Assembly: GCA_002633005.1 (NCBI GenBank)
Contig: NMRA01000018.1
Coordinates: 1,499,531-1,563,530 of the forward strand
DNA from: Phoronis australis
Lineage: Eukaryota > Animalia > Phoronida
DNA: 64,000 bases
Reading direction: 5' to 3'
The stretch's first letter is position 1, and every line of letters begins with the position of its first letter. Position numbers and translations under genes: made by a program. Positions 14,624 to 25,715 of this stretch are shown here, piece after piece. Below the pieces are notes generated by a model. That model did no database searches, was not told the DNA's origin, and saw only the letters and a program-made list of their open reading frames with translations.

Positions 14624-16086
14624 CATAAGCGCCCATGCCCCTATAAGCGTCCCCACTCATTTCCAGACTTCGCTAAAATAAGCGCCCAGTCCATGAATGT
14701 GTACATATTTGTGCGAAAAATGTCTTACCTCACAGTTCTAAAATTCTCCAGTAATGTATTCAATTTATCAATAATATCTGACAGTTCTGAAAAATCATTG
14801 TGCGCGGAATTTCTAGTAGACCACGAGCCTCGCCCCTATGTCGGTATTTTAGTAGCCGTGGCTGTTTTGTACACTTCAAACCGTTCTGCAGTGCTTCAAA
14901 AAGAACGCAAAAGATTTGCTGATCTTGCGAGGAAAGTGTTATACTATATGGTCTGGCCCTTCCGGCGAACAGACGCAGCGCACTGGTCAACGGGATTGGT
15001 ATTGTATCTTTCCCGTACAGATTTTCTCCCACAACAGGAATCCAGGGCCCAGTCTCTACTCTTTGTACTCGAAACGAACTCAAAACTATTTTTGGCAATT
15101 TCTCTGCTCCTTTTGTGCGAACCTAAGATAATTGGTTATCAGACTGTGCTCGAATACATTATAGTTTATGCATAGGAGTTTCTAGTTCAAGTTTGCCCTT
15201 GAAAACCCTTATATTCGTGCTACAAACTCGAGTAAAAACTCGAAATTTCGAGTTCAAACTCGAACTTATTGCTTTAATATTGGGTTTACAAACTGTGAAC
15301 TAAGGGCAATAAATTATCTACGTAAGTTATTGTGTACTCGAGCATAGAATAATAGACACTCATCTTGAGTTCGCCCAAAAGTAGAATAGAAAATGCCAAA
15401 CCTAATTTCGAGTTCCATTTCGAGTAAAAAGATTGGAGACAGGGCCCAGATTGCTTTGTATACGTAAAATTATAAAAACCGCGAATGGAAACTTGGCCAA
15501 GAAGCGCGCGCTAGGGTCTACATGTGGGCCTGCTCAATGAGATAAATATAACTACATATGCAGCTCATTGGGCCTGCTACTCTGGCAAATGAACACTGAT
15601 GACACGCACGCGCTCGCTCACTCGGTGCACACCTGTTGACTCACTTCAATACAAACGTCACGTGACAACAACATATGTGTTCGTCCAGATTTTTCTCGTT
15701 GCCGGGTGCGATCTAGCGCAGATTTTGACTTAATCTGTGGTTAATCCCGACTCCGAGTCCACAGGAACTTAAGAATCTTAGGAAAGGCTATTTGGAAAAC
15801 TTAAGGAGGATTTGAGGTAATTTGAGTCGAAACTATTTTTACTCAAGAATTCAAGTTGTCCTATCGACGATCGCGAAGCAGCGACGCATCAGTCAGCAAG
15901 TTTTCGCCCTGGGATATCAGCACATTTTTTTTTAAAGATTAACAACAGAGTTTGATAGCAACGCACCACAGTTTTGTAGAAAGTCTGTCATAGGTTACAC
16001 ATACGTCACAGCGGAGATCGGGTTTTAACCGCCGTAGGCTACAAAAAGCGTCTCCCTGGGCGCTAATTATTAGGGCAAATACGGTA
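14624..16086 (+). mobile_element. Family A copy 3, with a nested Harbinger MITE
   Basis: Colinear with copy 1. It ends at TATTAGGGCAAATACGGTA; the 5' TIR is eroded. Confidence 0.75.
15046..15446. mobile_element. PIF/Harbinger MITE (family B, copy 2) nested in family A
   Basis: TIRs GGCCCAGTCTCTACTCTTTGTACTCGAAA / TTTCGAGTAAAAAGATTGGAGACAGGGCC with TSD CAG. It is absent from the equivalent site (caacaggaatc) in copies 1 and 2. Confidence 0.85.
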
Positions 16087-19000
16087 ACCCTAATGGTGAC
16101 ATCAGTGCATGAGACGATGATTTTTATTTAAAGTATTAGCAGGTTTGTGGTGACTGGCGCCAACGGCCGGGTGACTGAACTTCGGGCGAGTAGATTTTCA
16201 GGGCTCCGGCACTCGCCCAGCTGGCGAGAAGGATTTTTCAAAAAGCCTGGGTAAATCCCTGACTTCCACACTTTTCCAAAAAAGGGAAAACTACGGAGGA
16301 ATGGCTGAGGAGGGTAAAAGTCTAGTTGCCGTGCGTATTTGGAGATCGATTCAACATCAGACAACTTGATTTTTGGTAACGTTGATAAGTCTTTTGACCA
16401 CATCACCTTGCAGGACGATGCCATGTTTGTCAAGGCGCCTCGTTTTCGATCAACACGACAGCAGCGCCCCACGTTCGTGAAATAGGCGAATAGCTTAGTC
16501 ACTTGACGACCGATTACCATCAGGCATTTTGCTACTCAAATTTAAAGTATTTTAAAGTAAAATTTCGTAACGAAATGTTCCAAATAAAGACATGCAATTA
16601 AGTCAACAGTTAGAGGACATTGAGAAACATATGCCCCATGCCCACATTTACAAATGTAGAGTTTCTATTGTCAAGTCTCTGCATAGGCCTTTGGTGACCA
16701 GCATCTACAGAGGCCAATTAACTAGGTCACAGCTGTGATGGACAATTGAAATGGCAACCTGTAAGGAAAAATGATTGGCACTCTTGGATCTGATTGTGGT
16801 GAAAAGATAGGGTTCAAGGTACTGAAATAACATGTGTTGTGTTCAATTTCCCTGCCAGCATGGAGTGCGTTAGGCCACTTGATTCCAGTTTGAAATACGA
16901 TACCTGTGGTAGGTGCAGCTGAACACCAGAGAAACTCGGCTTTGTACTGAAATATCAAAGCTGTCACAAAATTCCTGAATAATCCGGGATTGAAACATCA
17001 TATTGCAAAACCAAAAACATATTCTGTAAGGTCATCTTATGATCTATTGAAATTCCAAGTTTCAAAAGAATTCAACAAATTTTATCTTATTAATTTTTGT
17101 CTTTTTTAATAACAAAACTTAAGTATCTCAAAAATGTAAGATTTAGAGGTAAATTCTTGTAGATTCATAGAGTATTTCATAGAGAATTAATAGACCAATG
17201 TTAGCAATGTTTGTTCAATCCATTTATGAGGCACGTTCAAGTCAAATGAAAAATACAAAATGACTGCCATAGGTACCATCTTGAATGTATGTTTTACATC
17301 ATGACTTACAAGTTTCTTTACAAGTTAACCCCACTCACCCAGGTCACCTGCAGACAGCCCATTACCACACCCTTTATGTTTCCATTGCATAAACCTAATC
17401 TGGTGGAAATAACTACAGGTTCACTACTTTCCAAAAAAAAAAAAATTTATACGCTCAATTAACTCTGGACATGTCTTCCTAAATTATATGGCTTGACTTG
17501 CTGTCACCAGAATTGCCTTGTTGTCCTGAGATACCACACGCGATGAAGCACCTCGCCTAGCCTCGTCTTGATGTAGCATGGTCTGTTGACGCTATGTCAT
17601 GAAGAAAGTCAACACGTGTGCACAACCGCTATGGAGGTAAAAAATTCAAAACTGAAAGTCATTGCATAAATATTGCGGCCTATGTTGGAGAAACTGTGTT
17701 TTGAGGAAAAGTTGGGGTACGTTGATATAAAGGTCGCCTTATCCGCCATCTTGAAACAGAAGCAGTTGAAGCTTTGCTTATCGGTTATGTGTTCCTAAGA
17801 TGAGTTTTAAGAAGTGTTCAAGTGAGATTTTGAAAACACAATCGCTGCCACATGTACCATCTTGAATCTGATCATGATGTAAAACAATGGGCATCAACCT
17901 GTTAAACCATCTGTTAGCTTGCATTTTTGTCTTCGATCCAGAACTGATTATAGCAATTGACACTCCCTGAAACACTGACATCTTGACATTGGTGTGAAAT
18001 GCATTTAAGATAGAGACTTTTTTAGTATGCGTATCTGATAAGATAGCATTCAGTTCTGGTATTGGTGTTTTTATTTGTTGGTGACGGTTTGCTCCTAGGA
18101 CTAGCAACTAATTTTTTTCGGCGAAATTCTCTTACAAGGTGACCTAACAAAACGAACCATGTAAATTTTGGCGTGAAATTCTCAATTGTAGTTCTTAGAC
18201 TGAAGTTTGTCTGCCAAATTAAAAAAATAAATGATTTGTGCATGAGTAATTAAAATGTGTATGGGTTTGTTCTTTTTAGGTTTTCGGGTCACCCTGTTCT
18301 CAACCATGTGTGCATAATCAGAATTTGATGTGGAAAGTCAAAATTTTTCCCAGTTTATTTAAAAGTAGTGGTTATCCCTTAATTGTATTATTTATATTTT
18401 TGACATGAGTTATGATAAAAGTTTCACACGAGTGACCATTCAACCCACACTTAGCACTGTTAGTCTCTTGTTTTTTCAAGGAAATAACAATAAAGTCACT
18501 GGTAACGTTACTGCATTCAAAGTGATTTATCCTTGTCTGAAGTCATCAATTTTGCCTAAGTAATTGAATTTTTGTTAGTTCATAAATATTTTTTGTTTGG
18601 CTAATTTGTTTGGAAACAGTCTCTAAAAATTCTGTTCTTTTGAAAATTCTGTACATCACTTCACAATGACTATGCTGTGTTTAATGTGATTTACTCACTG
18701 GTATTCTGTTTAACTATGAAAAGCATCAAATCCGTCAGCTTTCTTATGCAACCGTTCACATCTGAAATGATAATTAGTGTTTAATCCGAATCCTGACATT
18801 TGCAGGATATTGCGTTCTGTCATATTTGACATGGCAGGTAGACCTATTCCCTGCTTGTGACAGTCTTTAATTCACCGGGTGGACTACCTATCTAAGATTT
18901 TGACACGCAGATGTAGCAAAACAATTTGTCATTAAGAGTGGGTTAATCAAACCTCTGTGGCATTGACCAGACCTTCGTGGGCTGGCAGCTTCCTACCTGA

Positions 19001-21638
19001 ATGGGAAACCCGATGGGTGCACCTGCGTTAATGACACATGACTAGTATTGGTACACTCAACCTTGGTGCGCATACTATATGATAATGAAATTAAGTAGTG
19101 AGATATCATATGCTCACCATGTGTATGGAAATGTGTATGGAATAAAAGCATAACATTATCTAATGCCCAGCTTATTAATTTCGTTTAGAAAAAAGTAATA
19201 CTGTTGGGTTAGTGCTGTAGTGAATAGTTAATTGTTGATCGACCTGTGTACTTCATTTCTGTTTTTGTAAAACTTCTACTGACCTGAACTTTATCTGTAG
19301 CAGATTTTTTGCATGAGCGGCGCTCCACAATGAAATATTTTTTACAAACGTCTTTTCCGTAATTAAGAATTTAAAATCGTCAGTGCTATCTTCATATGTA
19401 TTGAAAATAGATGTGCTTTTGGACAGGCTTAACGATTTTTAAGGGATTTAATGGTGCACCAAAACATGCTCTGTGTGTGACTTGTACCTTGCATGTACAT
19501 GGGCGGCATACCATAGCGGGCTCTTGTCAGTGCTACGCCACACATGGTCTATAGGCGATGCACCAGGGGGCTTTAGCTCTTCAGTGCTGCGCGCCCATGA
19601 GGTATTAAACCAAGGGTGCTTGAAATGCGACAGCTGTACATCACCAGTCCTTTTTAGGGGCTTGAGGAAGACTTTCATAGTTGAGGTTTTTATAATAAGT
19701 GTGACGGAGTGAATGTCATCAGCTCACATTAACTCATTTTACAGCCGCTGAAAATTCAAGAGGATCGCTACAGAAAAACTGAATCATGACCTCATTTATT
19801 AAACGCACAACTTAATTACTAGGAAATACTGATTTTTAGGATCTACATCATGAAGCCTAATTGTCAGGAATTGTCAATCATGGAATTGGTGCTCTAAACT
19901 TGATATTGGTCAACTGGTGTTTTGTGTGAAAATCAACCTTATAGGTTGCAATATAGATAATTATTTTAAGAGTTAATTAACCGCAATATCAACTCTGGCC
20001 AGTTAGCTGTTTGCAAAGTTGATCTGTCCAATTGTGCAGATGTGTAATTGACTAATGGGACACATGACTGATAAAAGCATGAATTATTGCCATTTTATAA
20101 GCATAATGAATGATTTAGAGGACCATTTACAATGCATAATCTGTACTGCAATCAATCACTCTGGTTCTTATGTCCTTAATACCTTGTGAAAAAGACTTGT
20201 CAAAAAACATTTATAAAGTTTTTATGTGCCCACATATATATAAAAATGCAGTCTCGTGTCACCATCCTGTCTGGGCTTCTAGGTGTCTTTTTATTTCAGA
20301 TATGCAATGCTATTTGGCACTTGGGCCAAGTCATGGCATTACTAGAGTGGTATATGCCACTTTTTAATGTCATGCCCTCTAGGGCTAGAATGGTGGAACT
20401 GCTCAGTGTTTTTGCTATTTATAAGATTACTTCCAATGAACAGATTTCAATGAAACGTGACACAGAGGTATGTGTTGACAATATGTTGGCACCAGTCGAT
20501 TTTATTGTGAATGCTCACAGCCACTACAGCAGATCCCCTTGTGTCCATTTTGGTGTTGGCAAGGGGGATTTTAATTTGGCGTTAGTTTAAAGGCCGAAAT
20601 ACCAATGGTTTTGTCATTAAATTATTGTCTTATTGTACTTTCCACGACCATGATAAGCACCCCTGGAATCACTTTGCTGACGGCACTAGCTGCGAGTGCT
20701 CTTAATGCCTCGGTGGCCATACCATGGAAATGTTAAGAGTTGCTAACTACCTTTGCAATTATCGCCATTTTATGAGTACAAAACCTATGGTTGGGAGGAG
20801 CGTGATATGTGAAAATGGTGGTAGTTGTGAATGACAGCATAGTAAGCAATAAGGGTGGCGGGTTTCTGCCTGCAATCCCTGTATAAAGTAAGTGGTGGCC
20901 TTTTCACCCGAGCCAGTATGATGCCAAAGTTTTATCAATCATTTTTGATACTGTTGTTCACCATTTGTGTGTAGTACTAACTCAATAAAACCAAAACCTC
21001 CATGGGAACATAAATTTTGAAATGATATGAATAAAAACTAGTAACTGGTGTATAACAGTGAATTGCATGTGCTCTACAAATGGACATATTCTTTATTATG
21101 GCCATATAAGTCACAATACCCTGTCGTAAAAAGTTAAAAACTGCTTTAATAATGCATCTTGTTTTAGTAGAGCTATGTTAAAAATGCCCTATATGCTTTC
21201 TGCCCGCATGCTCATGTGGGCAATATCGAGACAACAGTTGCAGATAATTGCAGGAATTTTAAATCAGGTTTTAGTTTTTGAAACACTTTGAATTCGTGCA
21301 AGACAGTTTTTAATATTTTCCCTGATATTGTGGGATAAACTGAATGACTGTTAGAATCATGTGAGATTGTCAAGTACAATTGACAACATAAGTGGTGAGA
21401 ACATGTGTGACCTTGGAGTGACACTAAAAACTGCTTGTTACCTTCAGAAATGGATTTGAGATGCCAGCATTCTTTAATTTTAATTTCTTATTTGTTTGAA
21501 GTTGACTACAAATCTTAACCATAATTGATCTTGTAACTGTGCGTCGTTAATATTTTTTTAATTAGTTGGTTTTTGTTGGGCTCTGCAGAGCCCCAGTGTT
21601 TTTTATTTATTAAGACGCTCTGTTTTGTTTCCTTTCAG

Positions 21639-24600
21639 CTTCAGAGAATGTTTGCCCTGAGGTGTCCCAGAATCGTGCTGTGAAAGTGAACAGACAGAAC
21701 TGTGCTGATGTTAGATGTGTTGATGTGAAACACGAAGACGGTCACAAACAAACAACCTGTGTGAGAGAAAATAGTTCAGTAACCATGGATTGGCATTCGG
21801 AACAAATTGCCGGTATGCCAATTGATAACTGTTGCTACACTGACGAACCTATTGATTTGTCAATGAAGTCAAGGAATGTAGAGTGTGATGTTACAGGAAA
21901 TGGCAGCAGCTCACCAGTCCCGCCATTGAAGCCTCCTTCAAGTCTGCAAGCTCTAGAACTGAAGTTTGGTGGAAAGCGATCCAACTTCCTCTCTGGCACA
22001 GCCAACATGTTGCGCGTCTGTGGTGAAACAACACACAGCAGTGGCAATCGTGCACACTCAGGATCTGTGATTCCTGTACAGATGCACGCTACCAGCCCTC
22101 TTGATAAATACCTCGGAGTGGCAAAAATAGATAACAATACGAGCGCGTGTCCGAAAGTGTCTAGCAGGCAAAACACGTTAGAACGAGCAAGGGCCAGGCT
22201 TCACAGGGAGAGCTCAAATCACACAAAGTTTATATGCATTTGTGGAATGCGGTTCGAGTCTCTTTATGATATGAGCATTCACTTGAAGAAAACTGGACAC
22301 GTAACAAGTAAGGAGAATGGCAAGCTAGCGGATTACCCCAAACTGGTGAGGGGACAGGACATGTGGCTCAATCGTGGCTCAGCTCAGACTAGGGAGATTC
22401 TGAAGTGTATTCGCTGTCGGGAGTCGTTCAAGTCCTTACCAGATCTCACAGTTCACATGATGAAGACTAAACACTACACTAGCATAATGAGCCAAAGTTG
22501 TCAGATGGAAGGACAGTCCAAAATTCTGGGTCCTGTTGACGACACGGTGAAGAAGGTGTGTGGACCTGTTTCCTGCAAAGTTTGCGCTAGCTCATTCTCA
22601 TCTATGGAGAAATTGGCTATTCACATGAGCAGTACAGGTCACCACAAGAAAAGGATCCGTAATAAGGAAATGAAGGATTGGAGATGGCACAGGAAAGGTC
22701 GAGAGAAAATGAAATGTGGCGTGTGTAAGACTAAGTTTTCAAGTGTTGAATGCTTAGACAAACACTTAAAAATATCTGGTCATCAGTTTGTTCTGTTGAA
22801 GAAAATGTACATGTCTCCATTCAGGCTGTCTTCTTTGCCTACTGAGCATAGTCATTCAAAGCATGACTGGACTGGAGATAGAACTGAACAGACTGTTTCA
22901 CCCACTTTTAACGGTCGCCCAAATTACGACTTAATGAAAAATAGTGCATCAAGTTCTAGTAAAAGAAACCTGGTGACTAAAAGTACAAATACTGGGAGCC
23001 ATGATTTCAGCAAATTAACAACTGAACTGACGGTTGAGTGTGAAAAATGTTTTAAGGTAATCGGAGCCGACATGTTTTCTAGTCATGTTAGGGAATGCCT
23101 GTTATTTCCTGAACGCAATGCCCTGCAACTTCTGAACTCCAAGTTTGGTAGACATTCTCTAGTTTTAGCAGATGAACATTCCTCTAGTCATGATGACCAA
23201 TCTTCATCACTGATAGATAAGGTTTCCAGTGATTCATCATCACCCGAGATTCCAGTGAATGGGTCTTCAGGAAGTACAACTGAATTCTGGGCTGATGGCA
23301 TGACTGAAGCTTGCGAGGTTCAAGCTGAAGTGAACAGAGGTCCTAAGTACTTAGCTCCTGATGGTGAAGAAACAGTTGAGTCAACTAAGATCTTCAGTGC
23401 TCTAGAGAGTATGATAGCAAAAAAAATTGCGGAGAAGTCAAAGGACATGGCGAATCTTCACGAGAAACGATTGTTCCTGGATATCTGGCCATCAGTTATT
23501 CCTGATAACAAAGAAGTTTCTGACTCGTGTAGGTCGACGGGGTCGGTGGGAGAGCCAGCATCCAGCATAAAGATTGAGGCTACATGGGACGAGGATGTCT
23601 GTGACCATCGCAGTGTTGTAGAGCAGCAGCAACAGAGACAGCAACTGCTGCCGGCAAATGGTGAAGTTCACATACAAGTAAGGAGAGACAGAGCTACAGA
23701 GTACAGGGAGCCTAACAGTATTGATTTGGGCACAAAAACACGACTGGCAAAAAGGAGATTCTCCGATTCAATTTGTTCTGACTCGAGTCCTGCAAAATCA
23801 AGGAGGCCATCCTCGGCACCTTCTCATACGTTGTCCGAATCTCATGACGATAGGTTTGACGCAGAGGGAACTCCGAAAATGGATGTGGATGACCAGCCCA
23901 GGATTCGCTTGGAGGGGAAGTATCTGCAGATAGACTCGAAAAGTTTGGTCAGCGAACCAGTTTTGAAGTCACTGGAGAGTCTTGTTAAAGCTAAGATATC
24001 TAATGTTGCTGCTGTGCAACAGAATACAGAGACTATCGCACAGAGGTACGTTTCATGTTTGAAACCCGTAGAAAATAGTGATGAAAATCCACTAGACAGT
24101 CTGAGGAAACTGATATCCACGACGGGTTCAACACTCAAGGATACCACCAATATGGCTACAATTCTTGGTACGACCAATCTACCCAATGTAGACATGATTC
24201 CACCGAACAACGAGCCATCCTTGATTCATGATCTTCACAAGGACCAGTATCCCTCAAAACTGCTCGGCCATGGTTTGCAAGTTCATGCGAATATGCCCTC
24301 AAAATCACCTGAAGCATTAGATTTGTCAACGGATGTCAAAAAGTCACCATCATCCCCGTCCAATGCCAGCTCTCTAGATGATATGGACAATAAAAACGTG
24401 AGGTTGTCTAGTACAAAACTAGAATTGCAAACAGAGATGGTGGGTAATTTCTTATACTCACATGAGGGGGCTGTTTGCAGACATTGCAGGCGGGTTTTTC
24501 GTACTAAGGGTGGACTGCGCTATCACATGACTTCTTGTGTGCCAGCTTCACTGCTGGAAGCAAGAGAGTCTAGTGTAAAGAACACAATTCAGAAGCATTT

Positions 24601-24661
24601 CCAAAGGTCACAGTTCACGCGTTACTACAAGTGGGCTGAGGAGTTGTCTGGTAAATCTTAG
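21639..24661 (+). CDS. tsh: Teashirt/tiptop (TSHZ family) zinc-finger transcription factor, large terminal coding exon
   Basis: The 999-aa ORF contains the Tsh signature KLVRGQDMWLNRGSAQTREILKCIRCRESFKSLPDLTVHMMKTKHYTSIMSQ, four H-x5-H fingers and two C2HC fingers. It also has CtBP motifs PIDLS/ALDLS and a protostome-type C-terminus (FTRYYKWAEELSGKS). The acceptor tttcctttcag (AG 21637-38) is in frame at phase 1, so an upstream first exon is expected. The first in-exon ATG is at 21785. Confidence 0.93.
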
Positions 24662-25429
24662 CTCGTTTGAGTAAGATTACAGCAATAGATTTTAAGTCAC
24701 TGCATGATACATTAATTAAATGAATGAGCCATGGATTCAGATCATGACTGACTTTGCAAAATATGTGCCTGCAAAAGAGGCTTGCATAATGAAAGTGATA
24801 AGTGCAAGTGATTCCAACTTCACAATGCTGCTTAAATTCTTGTGCCGCTGTGCTCTAGCACTATAATGTGCAAACCAGTTAGACTATCTTGTGAAAATAG
24901 TTAAAAGCAACTTTTTTGCCTGTTCTTCAGTAATAGTCTCTGAGAATGGTCCCGAATTTTGGTTATCTGTTTTCTTCACAGCGAGGATCCACGGGGTTCT
25001 CAAAATCCGGAACCCCTGTGACTTAATTGCCAATTCTTAAGTTTGTGATTTTCAATGTTTTGTCGAACGTCATGGTTTTCTTGAAAATGGCAATATATTT
25101 GAGCACTTTGGGGAAAATGTAATCCGTGATGTTAAATAGATCTGTGTTGTACCAACTCAGGATATGAATGAGTTGTTTTCGTTATGGTGGTGTTGACGTT
25201 CGTACATAAGAAATTATTGTACATATTAAGTTTCTGCTATCTGATTGTGGAAATCTGTAATGCTTCCTGAGGTTATGCGACTCAACTTTAAATGTATGTT
25301 TGCTCCTAGCTCTTGAATTCACCAACAAAATTTGTCACCCTTCAATCATTAAAAAAATTTGCTTTCCTAATGTGTTTAGGAATGCTGACCTGGCATTGTG
25401 TGGATATCAGACCAAAAATTAACGTAAAT

Positions 25430-25715
25430 TGACCTATTGAGTAGCATGTCATGTGTACCCAAGAATGGGAGGACCACAGGAAACTATTGTGTAATTCTTC
25501 ACTTATTTAGCACACAATGTGGCGGACAAGTGAAATTCGCTTTTGTCAAATTTCATTGCAAAAATAAAGCTTAAGACAATTTTAGTCTGTTACTAGCGTA
25601 GTTTGTATTATGTAGATGTCATAAAACATTTGGTGAAATGTCCACCATTTCTAACGAAGTAATCGGCCTTTGAAAATGACAATTATTTTTGTGTGAAATA
25701 AGCGGTGAATTAACG
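25430..25715 (+). repeat. Dispersed repeat in the putative tsh 3'UTR; inverted diverged copy at ~27740-28005
   Basis: Shared blocks: gacaagtgaaattc / gaatttcacttgtc, gtaatcggcctttgaa / ttcaaaggccgattac and tttagcac / gtgctaaa. Confidence 0.7.

Noticed and set aside
13998-14681. Cluster of overlapping short ORFs in a CpG-rich block
   Set aside because: No motif recognised; probably internal transposon sequence with low stop-codon density.
21662-21664. GTG start of the 999-aa ORF
   Set aside because: This is a eukaryotic gene, and the frame is open back to a splice acceptor at 21638, so the GTG is an internal Val.
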